Origin: Rebecca billardiae RCC1528
Lineage: Eukaryota > Protista > Haptophyta
Assembly (NCBI GenBank): GCA_965240325.2
Contig: OZ251246.1
Coordinates: 558,001 to 622,000 of the forward strand
DNA length: 64,000 nucleotides
Reading direction: 5' to 3'
In this document: positions 20,982 to 32,201 of the stretch, piece after piece
How positions within the stretch are numbered: the first letter of the stretch is position 1
How the letters are laid out: the number at the start of each line of letters is the position of its first letter
The notes under the pieces: generated by a model
The model's input: the letters and a program-made list of their open reading frames with translations, nothing else
Databases searched by the model: none
What the model was told of the DNA's origin: nothing
Program-made: the position numbers and the translations under genes

Positions 20982-23900
20982 ATGTGCCCACCACCACGCG
21001 CGGCCCTAGCGGCGCGCGGGCGCAGGCCGTGGCGCGAGCGGCTCCTGTGGATCCAGGCCGAAGCGGGCGATGGGCTCGCGCCGTCGACGACCAGCCGCCC
21101 ACTTGACCCGCGCTACGACATTTCCATCCTCACCTCGCGCTTCCGGAGCGCGGAGGCAAATCGCGAGTACGAGCGCGCGACGGCGCACGCTGAGCACGCG
21201 CTCTACCTCGCGCCGCACGCGGTGCTCACGATCGTGCCGCTGGCTTTCGTGACGATTTACTTCACGCTCGTCCAAGCCACCCTTCCCGACGCGCCCGGCT
21301 CACCGGTGGCCGCGGCTGCCTGCACCGCGCTCGCAATCGCGCTCTCACTGCTGCGGCTGGCATCGCTCGCCGGCCTGGCGTGTGGCCGCAGCTCGCGGCG
21401 CGTGCTGGAGGCGGTGACGGTAGTCGAGGTGTTGTATAGGCTCGGCCATCGCCTGTTCTTCGCCATCCCGCTCGCCATCGCCGCCGACGACTTCAACGTC
21501 GAGCTCGCGGCCCACGTTGAGCTCGCGTGCGCTCCTTGGGAGGTCGCTGTCTTGGCTCGCTTCGAGTACGCGCCACCCGTGGCGGTGCTCGTGGCGCTCG
21601 GCGAGCTGGTCGGGTGGCTGCTCGCGGCGGGCAGCGCGGCGGGCAGCGGGCTGAGCCCGCCGCAGCGCGGCGAGGCCATCGTCGCCTTCTGCGCACTCGT
21701 GACGCTGCCGGTGCTTCTGCTGCACGAGGTTCGGCTGCGCGTTGCGTTTGTGCGCACGCGCTCGCTCGCTGCGCTCCGGCAGGAGGTGAGCCACTTCGGT
21801 ACGCGCACGCGCGGCGGCGCGTGGCGCGCGCGCACCGCCGCCCCCGCCCCGACCGCGCGCGGACGCGCAACACACACCGCCCTCCAACCGCGCGCGCACG
21901 CCGCGCACCGCACCGCGCCGCACCGCACCGCGGCCTCTTGTTGGCTGCGCCACCAGGCCTCAACCATCTGTATCACGCGGCGTCGGCGATCGAGCAGATT
22001 GTGGAGGCGGTCGAGGACGTGCCGTCCGCCTCGTGGCTCACGAAGCCGCTCGCGTCGATCTCCGAGATGCTCGACCAGGTCACCTCGCTGCTCAAGCTCA
22101 TCGTGGATGACTCGCTGGCCGATCGCGAGACGGCGCTCTCAGATTTCAATCTCGAGGGTGCGCGCGCGGCGCGCGGTCGGGGTTGCGGTCTGGGGGGCGC
22201 GTGAGCGTGGGTGCGGGGCGCTCGGCGTGTGCGCGTATGCGCCCGCGCGCGCTCTCCACGCCCGCCCCGCGCCTGACCCCCGCGCCACCCCGCCGCGCTG
22301 CGCCGTGCGTTCACCTCCTCATCACCACACGACAGACTTTGCCGCCCTGCTGTTCCGCGGTCACCAGCACGAGGTGAGCGCGGAGGCGCGGACGCTTCGC
22401 GGCACCTTCGCCTCGTGGGCGGCGCGCTCGATCATCGTGGACGCGATCGCGCACGCGAAGCTGCAGACGCGGGGCGAGGTGCGCGGCTCACTCGCGCTCG
22501 ACGAGGAGCGCTCGACCCTCGTCGTCCGCGTCTCGCATCGCGCCTCGGCCACCGAACTGACCGGTCTCGGCCGCCGGCTGCTCAGGCCGAGTGCCAGCAG
22601 CGCAACGGGCAGCCCCCCGGGCCCCGGCGGCGGGGAGGGCGACCGCGCCGCGGGGGTGCAGGGCGCGCACTTCCGCTCGGCGGTGGCCCTCGCCGAGTCG
22701 GTCGGCGCGACGCTCTCCTTCACCCAGGACGAGTCTGGCCAGTCAGGGCAGTGGGGGCAGTCCGGGCACTGGGCGGTGTTTGAGATGCGACTGCCGGTGA
22801 AGGGCGTTCGCGAGCTCGCGCTGCAGGCGGAGCTGGTGCCGCCGCCGACCGCGCGCCAGTCGATGGGCTCGTCGGCGGAGTGGACCCACAGCGCAGCCTC
22901 CGTGTTCTCACGCCAGCTCTCGGTCGCCGGCGGCGCCGTCGCCAGCCTGTTCACTGGCGGCGCGGAGGGCGGCAGCGGCAACATCGTGTCGCGCTCGGGC
23001 GCCTTTGTGTTTCGTGCGAGGGAGCCACGCGACGGCGGGCACCGTGAGCGCGTCGGGCCGATGCGCCGCTCGGCGGCGGACGCCGGGTGCGCGCGTGTCG
23101 GGGGCGCGTCGACGCCGCCGATGTGGCGCGGCTCGCGAGCCCCCGGACTCGGCGAGACGGCAGCCGACAGCCACGACGGCGCGCCTCCGTCCGCGCCGGG
23201 CCTGGGCGCGCCGAGGGCGGGCGGGGTGGGCCGCAGGCTGGGCGCGAAAGGGATGTCTGCTCCGTGGTCGTTCAGACGGCAGGGGGCGGACGTCTCGCCA
23301 TCGGAGTACGTGCCACACCGCGGCTCCAGGCTCGGCACGCCGTGCTCGCCTTGCTCGCAGACCGGCCCGGCCCCGCGTCTCGAGGAGGCGGATGAGGAGG
23401 CGGAGGCGAAGTCCTTCTGCTCCTCGCGCGCCGGCGCGCTCGAGCGAGGAGCGCCGGATTCCGGGCTCGGGGATTCCGGGCCCTGCGGCGCACACGAGAC
23501 CGGGGCGGCGGGCAGCGTCCTGCCCTCGCCGTCGGCGGCGGCGCTCGACGAGGAGCTCCAGATTCCGGTGCTGAGGCAGCGCGACGAGGCGGCCGTCCGC
23601 CGCTTCGAGGAGCGGCGGCGCAAGAGGGTCGCCGCCGTCGCGCAGTCCGCGGTCGGGAGCGACTTTGAAAGGCTGGCCGGCATGAACATGGCCGGCAAGG
23701 CGCGCTCGAGCTCGGTGGTGGAGGTTGTCGGCTCGCGGCCCGGCGCCGCGGACTCGGAGCGCGCAGCGGCGTGCGAGCGCGGGCTGCCGACGCAAGCGGC
23801 GGCGCGCTCGGAGGGCAGCGCGCTCGTGCTGCGTGAAGCCATGGCGGACTGCTCTCTGCCGCCGGTGCCAGGCGCAATGCTCTATAGCGGTGCGGTCGGC

Positions 23901-24674
23901 GCGCCCGGCGGCGCCGAGTGTGGCGGCGACGGCGGCGGCGGCCACCGCCGTGTTGCCGTCCGCGGCGACGAGCGCGGCGGCGGCGGCGAGCGCGGCGGCG
24001 GCGGCGACGGCGATGGCGGCGGGGCCAAGCCGCCCGTGCCGTCGGTTCCTCCCTCGATCCCTTCGAGCTCGTCGGCCGGCACGGCGCTGCCGCTGCTGCC
24101 CATGCCCCAGAAGCACTCAGGCCGCGACCGGTCGCTCTTCCGCGCGCCGCGCGACGATGCCGAGCGGCAACGGCGCATCCTCGTCGTGCTTGACAACAAC
24201 CTCGACCCGCCGACCTGGGACGAAGGGACGAAGGGGACGGCGATCGCGCGCCGGCTGAAGCGCGAGCTGGGCTCTGACGCAACTGTCGTGATGCACACGG
24301 GCGCGCCGCCCGCCGAGCTCAACGGTCTGCTCGCCACCGGCGTCGTCGACGACGTGACGCTCAAGGACAAGGCGGGCCGCGACCACGTGGCCAACCTGTG
24401 CACGCAGCACGACCTGTGCGTGTTCGTCGACGACATGACGATGATCCTCACCTCGATCGACCTGGCACTGGGCAAGCTGCTCTACGGGAAGGTGCGCTCG
24501 ACCGCGCACGACGGCGGTTGGGCCGCCACCGCCAACGCGCACGTGCGGTACGCCATGTTCAGCGCGCAGGTGGACATGGACGTGCTCTACGCGGTGTGCA
24601 CGCACGAGCTCGTGTTCGATGACAACGTGCTCTTCTGGGAGAAGGGCAAGAAGACGACGCCGAGCGGCTCGTGA
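20982..24674 (+). CDS. Degenerate hybrid histidine-kinase-like membrane protein with an atypical (permuted) receiver; exons 20982-21798, 21957-22157, 22336-24674
   Basis: Multi-TM N-terminus; H-box-like QEVSHF|GLNHL; HATPase-like fold without N/G boxes (IIVDAIAHAK, LVVRVSHR, ALAESVGATLSF, VFEMRLPV); C-terminal receiver elements VVLDNNL, VVMHTG, DDVTLK, CVFVDD. Two GT-AG introns. Confidence 0.75.
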   Translation: MCPPPRAALAARGRRPWRERLLWIQAEAGDGLAPSTTSRPLDPRYDISILTSRFRSAEANREYERATAHAEHALYLAPHAVLTIVPLAFVTIYFTLVQATLPDAPGSPVAAAACTALAIALSLLRLASLAGLACGRSSRRVLEAVTVVEVLYRLGHRLFFAIPLAIAADDFNVELAAHVELACAPWEVAVLARFEYAPPVAVLVALGELVGWLLAAGSAAGSGLSPPQRGEAIVAFCALVTLPVLLLHEVRLRVAFVRTRSLAALRQEVSHFGTRTRGGAWRARTAAPAPTARGRATHTALQPRAHAAHRTAPHRTAASCWLRHQASTICITRRRRSSRLWRRSRTCRPPRGSRSRSRRSPRCSTRSPRCSSSSWMTRWPIARRRSQISISRVRARRAVGVAVWGARERGCGALGVCAYAPARALHARPAPDPRATPPRCAVRSPPHHHTTDFAALLFRGHQHEVSAEARTLRGTFASWAARSIIVDAIAHAKLQTRGEVRGSLALDEERSTLVVRVSHRASATELTGLGRRLLRPSASSATGSPPGPGGGEGDRAAGVQGAHFRSAVALAESVGATLSFTQDESGQSGQWGQSGHWAVFEMRLPVKGVRELALQAELVPPPTARQSMGSSAEWTHSAASVFSRQLSVAGGAVASLFTGGAEGGSGNIVSRSGAFVFRAREPRDGGHRERVGPMRRSAADAGCARVGGASTPPMWRGSRAPGLGETAADSHDGAPPSAPGLGAPRAGGVGRRLGAKGMSAPWSFRRQGADVSPSEYVPHRGSRLGTPCSPCSQTGPAPRLEEADEEAEAKSFCSSRAGALERGAPDSGLGDSGPCGAHETGAAGSVLPSPSAAALDEELQIPVLRQRDEAAVRRFEERRRKRVAAVAQSAVGSDFERLAGMNMAGKARSSSVVEVVGSRPGAADSERAAACERGLPTQAAARSEGSALVLREAMADCSLPPVPGAMLYSGAVGAPGGAECGGDGGGGHRRVAVRGDERGGGGERGGGGDGDGGGAKPPVPSVPPSIPSSSSAGTALPLLPMPQKHSGRDRSLFRAPRDDAERQRRILVVLDNNLDPPTWDEGTKGTAIARRLKRELGSDATVVMHTGAPPAELNGLLATGVVDDVTLKDKAGRDHVANLCTQHDLCVFVDDMTMILTSIDLALGKLLYGKVRSTAHDGGWAATANAHVRYAMFSAQVDMDVLYAVCTHELVFDDNVLFWEKGKKTTPSGS

Positions 24675-24857
24675 GCCAGCGGCTCAGTCGAGGCCCGACG
24701 CGGTCACGGTCGCGCGGCTCGATCGATCGCGGCTGATGCCCACCGCCGTCAGGGCCAGGCGCGCCATCACTCACTCATTCCGACGATGACTATGGTACTA
24801 TAGTACGGCAAGTAGTACGTATCACAGTCGTCGGTAATACTGTCTATAGTAGTACTG

Positions 24858-24958
24858 TAATCTCGCCTGCCTGAGCTGTGTGCGTCTCTTATTCTTAGTC
24901 AACTGTATCTCGCCTGCCTGAGCTGTGTGCGTCTCTTATTCTTATTCGTAAAACTGTA
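24858..24958 (+). repeat. Two tandem short terminal fragments of the dispersed MITE-like family
   Basis: atctcgcctgcctgagctgtgtgcgtctcttattctt...actg|ta occurs twice. Confidence 0.85.
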
Positions 24959-25752
24959 CAGGTGGGTCCAGATGAAGTTGGGGAGTTTTGAAGGGAAGCC
25001 ATGGCGGGCGTGAATGGCCGTCCCACCGCGATCCAAGGCGCGAGTGCAACGTCCGGGACAGGGGGGCGTTGCACTCGCCGGTCGGCGTCGCCGTACGAGC
25101 GCGTGTGCGTGAGTGACAGCTTCCCTTCCGACTTTTCGACCACTCTCACGTCCACGTCCACGTCATCGTGTGACCGGCGCGCGCGAGACTGCGCATGGGA
25201 AGGATGGGCAAGTAGTGGGCAGGATCACCCTTCTGATGGCTGTGTTGACCTCTGGGGCATGCCAGGCGAGGGTGCAGACCTATCAATGTTCTGCCTGACC
25301 CCACAAGTCGTGAGTCTGACGATCAATGTTGGCTACGCGGTAGTCGTGCGACCGCCGTCCGACACGGCTGCCATGCGATTACGCGTGGCGTGTGCGCGCC
25401 TGTCAACGGCGGGGTGATCAACGACCGGCATGGCTAGCAAGCTGGTCAGTGATAGCAGCAGCCTTCTCTGGGACCACGCCGCGCGATTTGGCGACCTCGC
25501 CACGGCTCAATGCCCGTCCAGAGGCACGGACGTGCCGCACTACCTGGCCAGCCACCATCGAAGTACCCGCCACCATCTGGACCCCCCTGTACCGGTGCTC
25601 CGGAGCGACCGAGCTTCCGAACCTTTCGCTTCGCCGAATCGCCGATGCCCGAAGTCGTCGCGTGAATTCGCGACGAGTCATCGAGACGTCAGACGAGGAC
25701 GTCCGGTGCAGCTCGCGCCCAGTCGTGAATCAGACCGCACAGCCGCAGCACG

Positions 25753-26601
25753 ATGATCCAGGAAGGGGCGAAGGTGCCGCAGGTGACGTTCAAGACGCGC
25801 GTGCGCATCCCGGTCGAGTCGGAGAACCCGTTCGACTGGGCCGACAAGACCAGCGATGACTACTTCAAGGGCAAGCGGTGCGTGGCGCGACACGCTCAAC
25901 CGCGCGCCCGGGCGCACACCACCCACGGCGCGCCACGGGCCACGCGGGCTCGCACGCTCACGCCGGCACGCCCGCTCTACCCGCCCTTCCCCCGCCATCG
26001 CACAGCGTCGTGCTCTTCGCTCTGCCCGGCGCGTTCACGCCCACGTGCTCGAGCACGCACCTGCCCGGGTACGAGGCCAAGTACGAGGAGATGAAGGGCC
26101 TGGGGATCGACGAGGTCTACTGCCTCTCGGTGAACGACGCGTTCGTGATGCGCCAGTGGGGGCTGAAGCAGGGGCTGGAGGAGGACAAGACGCCCGGTGC
26201 CAACGGCTTCAAGAAGGTGCGCGCCGGCTCGGCGTGCAGCGGGGAGATGGGCGATCGCGACGCGCGCGCGTCGGTCACACTGACGCGGTCTGCGTGCACA
26301 CGCCTCCACCCGATCCGGTCGCCGATTCCTCCACCCTGGCGCTTCCTCCACTATGGCGCAGGTGAAGCTGATTCCGGACGGCGCGTGCCTCTTCACGCGC
26401 GGCATGGGCATGTCATGCACGTGGGAGAAGGAGCGCGGCTTCGGCGAGCGCTCGTGGCGCTACTCCGCCGTGATCAACGACGGCGTGGTGGAGAAGCTGT
26501 TCGTCGAGGGCGGCGCCGTCACGCAGGACTCTGGCCCGGACCCTTTCGAGGTGAGCGACGCCGACACGATGCTCAAGTACCTGCAGGCGAACAAGAAGTG
26601 A
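25753..26601 (+). CDS. Peroxiredoxin, Prx5/type II family; exons 25753-25877, 26006-26216, 26362-26601
   Basis: KR|VVLFALPGAFTPTCSSTHLPGY, CLSVNDAFVMRQW, GFGERSWRYS motifs. Two GT-AG introns in frame. Confidence 0.95.
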
Positions 26602-27326
26602 GCGCGTGCCCACCACGGCGCTCCGCGTCGGCGTGGCGGCTGGCAGCGAGCTGTCACGCGCCGCCAGGAATGATGCGGGCTTCTGTCGCCACCAGGCGGT
26701 CCAGTTTAGGCACCGGCGTCGCCGCGGAAAGCTCTGACAGCCAGCCAGTCCGCGATCGACGGCTTTGGCCGAATGTTACAGACCATCAATGTCAGTGACG
26801 ACTCAGTGAGCTCTCCATATATATAGCGCTGCTACCCGCCAATTAGGTGGCGTCGATCGTCACATATCGCACATTATTCATGCAGTCGTGGCGGTTATTC
26901 GACGCGGTGCGACGCGCGTGAATTATATAATAATTCGTCGTCGTCCGATAACGCGGCGGTACCGTACCGATTAGTTGGCAGCCGACGAGTCACTCAGTCA
27001 TCGTGACTACTCAGACAGACCGACGACGACGAGACTGCTCTAATTACCCGCGCGGCGCCGTAATATACCGGACCGTATACTGTCATATAGTATAGCCGCG
27101 TCGGCCGAATCCGGGCGGAATCGGACTCAGTCGGCACTGGCATAGCTGCGACGAGTCTGACTCAGTGACTCGTCAGACAGACCGACGACGAGACTGCTCG
27201 ATCTAATTACCTGCCGTAATACCGGACCGTTTTGTCATAGCCGCGTCGGCCGAATCGGACTCAGTCGGCACTGGCATATGCTGCAGCAGTTGTCTGTGAG
27301 TTGATGATGGGGCAATAACTTATCAT

Positions 27327-27332
<6 letters not shown>

Positions 27333-27367
<35 letters not shown>
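27333..27367. repeat. (TA)n microsatellite
   Basis: Direct reading. Confidence 0.95.
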
Positions 27368-27370
<3 letters not shown>

Positions 27371-28934
27371 GTTACATCGCGTCGTCCGCGATTCGCCCGT
27401 GACGAGTGTGTCTGATCGTAATTCGTACATATACGTAGACGCGTGTTTAATAACACTACGTAGACCTACTGCTTGTGCGCCGTAGTACGACTCTGCGCTG
27501 TAATACTCAGTGCAGTACTGCGCTTGGCGGGTTGCAGCCGGACTCCGCCTAGCAGGCGACAGCGTGCCACCGGCGGCATAACGGGATGCCCTTGTGCGTG
27601 CAGTGGACTGCATGGTGCCAGCACTCCGCCTGCCCGGACCTCCTCCGGTCGCATGAACGTACCGTGTAGCTAGCTACAAGCAGTCGGCCCGGAGAGTTGC
27701 ATATCCCAGCTACTACCGTACTCACGACCTAGTCATCAGCAGTGAGAAAAGACAATAACAAGCCGCTGAAAGCTGCTCAGACTTGCAGTCAATTATTCGG
27801 CGCACGGACGGAGGTCGCGCGCGTGGCGCACGGTATATGCTATATTGGCGCGAATTGCGTTGTGAGGCAGCCTCTCCGCTGTAGTCCGGGAACTTGCCGC
27901 GCGTCGCAGCTCGCTTGGTCGGACGGTTATTATAACATGCACGCGAGCGATCGACTTTCCGGAGGACGCGTGGTGTCCTCTCTGCGTCGGTCGATTGAGC
28001 TCAGCTTGTCGCGCACACGTCCGACTTTCCCCGAGTGAGAGCTTGGGTCTGGGTCCCCTTGGAATAACTTGGATGGGTCAGCATCGGCACCGGCCGACCG
28101 CGGGAGCCTGCTGCTCGCGGCACGCCGTCCTAACTCAGCTGGCGGCCGAATCGCATGCATCAGCGATCTACGCCGGTAGTCTACGGTCAGTGACTAGTGA
28201 GAACACTGAGAGTGACATGCCAGATGCAGTAGACCGAGCGCGCACTACCTGTTATTATTGCACTGCATGCATAATAAGCAGCATAAGCCCGGGCCGCACA
28301 CGGACCGGCGGCCCTGGCGCCTGGTTTGAGCGGTTACGGCATCCGCTCGGGCGGCCGTCCGGCGCGCGGACTACGCCCGGGACGGCGGCTGACGGCGGTA
28401 ATATTATTATAATTATAAAGTTATAATACAGCACGGACCGCGCGCGCAGTCCGCGGCGTCCGCGCCCGCGTGCGGGCCCGCCGTCCGAGACCCGGTCCGA
28501 GACGTGACGGACACACGCCGCCCCGGGACCGGGCCATCCGTGGGCCCGGTGCCCCCGTGAGGGCCGGCCACGGCTCGGGCCGCCGCCGGCCGCGCGGGCC
28601 GCGCGCGGGTCCGACCCGCTCGCGGACCTGGACCAGTACTCTCTAAGTGGCTAAGTGACTTGACTTCCCGGGTGAATTGACCCTGATGTAGTATTCACAG
28701 TTACCCGAGTAATTCAAGAGTTCCGAACTCGCGGGACCGTGTCGCCTGTCGGTGTCATATAGTTCATAGCGTGGCTGTGGCTAACTGACGCGTTCGAAAT
28801 CACCGTCTGATGAGCGTCGTTTAAGACGGCAATGACAGTTTGCAGTCTCGCGGACCGTGTACAGAATTCTGAAGTGGTGGCAAGGATGGCCGCAGCCGAT
28901 TCGTGTAAGCCCCGATCGGGTTGCCATTGTGGTC

Positions 28935-29434
28935 TCACCACAGGCCCTCGTAGACGGCGGCGACCGAGTCCTCGATGTCGTTGGCGTCGTGATCCTGGGC
29001 GCGCCTCATGTCGCGGTAGATCTTCGTGATCGCGCGCTGGATGCGGAGCTGAGCGAGCTTGGCGCCGCGCAGCGCGTCGCCATGCATCTCGTTGAAGGTT
29101 GTGAGGTACTGCTTCAGCTGCTCAAGCTCTGACAGGACGTCGGAAGCCTGCGCGCGCAGAAAGAGGGCGAGGCGATGGGCGCGCGCTTTGTTGTGAGCGG
29201 GACGGCACGCGCACGTGACCGCCACCCTGGGGCATGCGCGCGCGCGCGCACCTCGTTGGCGCGTGCGACCGAGTAGTGGTACTGGCAGTCGAGCGCCTGG
29301 TCCAGCACGAGCGCGTTAACCTTGGGCGACCAGCGAGCGGGGACGACACGCGTCGTGTAGTGCAGGTCCGTCAGCACCACCCGGCCTTGCACCGTCGCCG
29401 CCAGGAGGAGCACGCACGCCGAAAGCTTCAGCAT
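28935..29434 (-). CDS. Small predicted secreted protein (~130 aa); exons 29434-29252, 29147-28935
   Basis: Signal-peptide-like MLKLSACVLLLAATVQG. A GT-AG intron with typical GC-rich content joins ...ARANE|ASDVLSEL... in frame. Helical C-terminus. Confidence 0.7.
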
Positions 29435-29690
29435 CAGGAGCGGGAGTAGAAGGGGTGACCGCCGCCGTGAGTGAGCCGTTCGTGAGTTCGTTTGCCCGGC
29501 CGAAAGCGTGCGGGCGGTTCGGCGCTCAGGGCCGACCAACCAGAGCGCTGCAAGCTGAGTTCGTCAGCAAACGCAAGCCTGAACTCCTACAATCAACCTC
29601 AGCGCCTGATTAGTCATCAGGAAAGTTGGTCCTGTGCGCAAGTCCTTCAGCACTCACTGACAATCCTTTTCCGCGTCCCGCACGCAGCTT

Positions 29691-30848
29691 TCAGCGCGGC
29701 CAGCGGTGCGCATACACGACGAACAGGCACAGCGCCTCTGGAACAAAGGCGACGTAGTTAAGACCGCCGTCATCCTCGTCGCTGTCACCTGGTGCAGCAG
29801 CGCCGCTGTCGGGGCGCTCCCCTGCGCCAGCCGGCGCCTCCCCGCCAGCTGACACGACTGCCACGGCGGCAGCTGGCGCAGACCCGTCGTGGGGCCACGT
29901 CGGCTTGGTCACCTGCGGCACCTGTCGCTCGACGTGCACGGTTGGGAACCGCGCGCGCAGCCGGAGCTCGCGTACCACCGCATCCAGGCGCCCGCCCGCA
30001 TACGCGGCCGCATCGCCAGTGCTCGGCCCCGGCGCGGGCCGCGCGACCGAGTCGTGCGCGCCAGCCCCAGCAGCGGCACCGGACTCTGCAGCACCGGACT
30101 CTGCGGCACCGGACTCCGGTGGCACGTCGTGCACCTCGACGACAGCCTGGTCCACCCGCGACCACTCGGCCTCCGAGAGGCCGCGGAGCACGTTCAGCTC
30201 GTCGCCCTCCACGTCCACCTTGAGAAGGTGCACGCGTGCCGCGCGCCTCCCGCTGAGCGGGTCGCCACCGCCGAGCCCGCCACCGTCAGTGCCGTCGCCG
30301 CTCCTGCCGCCGACTCCTCCGTGTGCGCCGAGCAGCTCGCTCAGCGTGAGCAGCGGCGCGCACACGGGCAGCGCCCGTGCGGGGCGATCCGGTATGAGCT
30401 CGGCCAGCCCGTACGCCTCCGCCTCGCGCGCCAGCACCGCCTGCATCTGCTCCCGCTCAGCCGCCCAGCGCGTCGACTCGCTGGGGGCGTCCGGATAGTA
30501 GCTGAGCTCGACGGATGGCGCACACCGCTCTCCGAGCGCGGCGTGCACGGGCACGATCGACGCGTAGTCCGCGGTGTTGCGTCTGAGCACGTCGAACACG
30601 GGCCCCACGGGCTCGACCGCCACCACACGCGCGCGGTCCCCGAGCTGTCGCGCGACGGCGAGCGCGAAAAGGCCAATGTTGGCGCCAGCGTCGATCACGA
30701 GCGGCGGCGGCGCAGTGAGCGGGCCGCAAGCGAAGCGGATGCCGTTGCGCTCGTACAACCGGCGTGTGAAGATCTCGTCGTACAGGAAGAGAGCCTCATC
30801 GTAAGTGAGAGCCTCGAAGGTGAGCTCGGGCCCCGCTTCTATCAACAT
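29691..30848 (-). CDS. FkbM-family SAM-dependent methyltransferase (intronless)
   Basis: EALFLYDEIF...Y...GI, VIDAGANIGLF, VVAVEP, LLKVDVEGDELNVLRG, QAVVEVH motifs. The ORF upstream of 30848 runs into an inverted repeat. Confidence 0.9.
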   Translation of the reverse strand: MLIEAGPELTFEALTYDEALFLYDEIFTRRLYERNGIRFACGPLTAPPPLVIDAGANIGLFALAVARQLGDRARVVAVEPVGPVFDVLRRNTADYASIVPVHAALGERCAPSVELSYYPDAPSESTRWAAEREQMQAVLAREAEAYGLAELIPDRPARALPVCAPLLTLSELLGAHGGVGGRSGDGTDGGGLGGGDPLSGRRAARVHLLKVDVEGDELNVLRGLSEAEWSRVDQAVVEVHDVPPESGAAESGAAESGAAAGAGAHDSVARPAPGPSTGDAAAYAGGRLDAVVRELRLRARFPTVHVERQVPQVTKPTWPHDGSAPAAAVAVVSAGGEAPAGAGERPDSGAAAPGDSDEDDGGLNYVAFVPEALCLFVVYAHRWPR

Positions 30849-31058
30849 CGTCCAGAGGGCGGCGCCTTTGCCGCCATCGTGCCCACCCGTTCCAGAAAGG
30901 CGATTAGTTCGGACACGGTCCGGGAGCTCAAAAGGTGCAAGTTGCACCTTTTGAGCTCCCGGACCACAGTGGGAGCACGCGGGGCCGCGGCCGTTGAGAA
31001 GGGGCGGGGGCGGGCGGGCGACGTCGACGTCGCGGCGTTCCACGCGCTCTGCTGTCGA

Positions 31059-32073
31059 TGACTTGCTGTTGGCGGCGCGCGCCGCGCTGGCGAGGTGGCT
31101 CGGGCCCATGCGTGCCTTCGAGCGCCCGGCGACCGCGCGCGCATCGGCTTCCTCCGCCTGCGAGTCGCCCGCGGCCGCGACCGCCGCCCGCTTCGAGTGG
31201 GTTGACTGCGCCCGAGCCTCCTCGCCGCCGAGCGCAGGGATGAGTCGAGCGCGGCGCGAGGCGGCGATCGTGATCGGGCGATCGTGTGCGCCCATATGCG
31301 CCCCATCTGCCACGGCGCGACCGCTTCAGCGTGCGTATGTCACCCCACTTGTCAGGGATGTCGGGTAGCAGGCGAGCACCGTCGGCCAGTGTGTCCGCCC
31401 GCGCCGCGTGCGCACAGGGCCATACGACGCGGAAACACGTCACAACCGGCATCAGTGCATGGCCATGGCCGTGTACAGCCCCGCGTGGGCCACCAAGGTC
31501 ATGCCATCCACTGCTCTGCCAGCTCGCAACGTGCGTCAATGCTGACGACAACTCTGGTCGAGAAGAAGTTGCTTCTTGAGTTCTGTCACAGTGGTGCACA
31601 CGGCATCAGTGGACGTCCCCATGACTACGGATGCGGACCAACCGTGCCCGCCAGCTTGCGTAGCGAAGACATCACGAGACGCCACGGAGCGACATCCGAC
31701 GCGTAGAGCCCTTCGCGCACGCGGCGGGGGCGGACACGCTGGCCGCCGACAGAGCTCGCCCGCTCCCCGACATGCCTGACAAGTGGGGTCACATACGCAC
31801 GCTGAAGCTGTCACGCCGTGGCAAATAGGGCGTAGATGGGCGCATGCGATCGCCCGATCGTGATCGCCGCCTCGCGCCGCGCTCAACTCATCCCTGCGCT
31901 CGGCCGCGAGCAGACTCGGGCGCAGTCAACCCCCTCGAAGCGGGCGGCCGCCGCGGGCGCGGGCGACTTGCAGCCGCAGGCGGAGGAAGCCGATGCGCGC
32001 GCGGTCGCCGGGCGCTCAAAGGCGCGCATGGGTCCGAGCCATCCCGCCCGCGCGGCGCGCGCCGCCCAAGTCA
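31059..32073. repeat. ~1 kb imperfect palindrome (arms ~31059-31425 and ~31702-32073), possibly a long-TIR MITE, between two divergent genes
   Basis: The ORF leaders on the two strands translate nearly identically (MGAxDRPIxIAASRRAxLIPALG...QAEEADARAVAGRSKARMGPSH). No TSD found. Confidence 0.9.
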
Positions 32074-32201
32074 CGCATATCTCGGTCCGCACGTCGGCCA
32101 CGCGCCCACCTGTTCGCCATCCTTCCGCCAGTCCGCCACCAGCCGGGGCGCCTGGCGGCGGAACAACACCCCGTGGAACGGGTGGAGTGCGCGGAAGTGA
32201 A

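Noticed and set aside
30849-32201. N-terminal extensions of the methyltransferase and monooxygenase ORFs
   Set aside because: They derive from the inverted repeat. Left out of the CDS calls pending transcript evidence.
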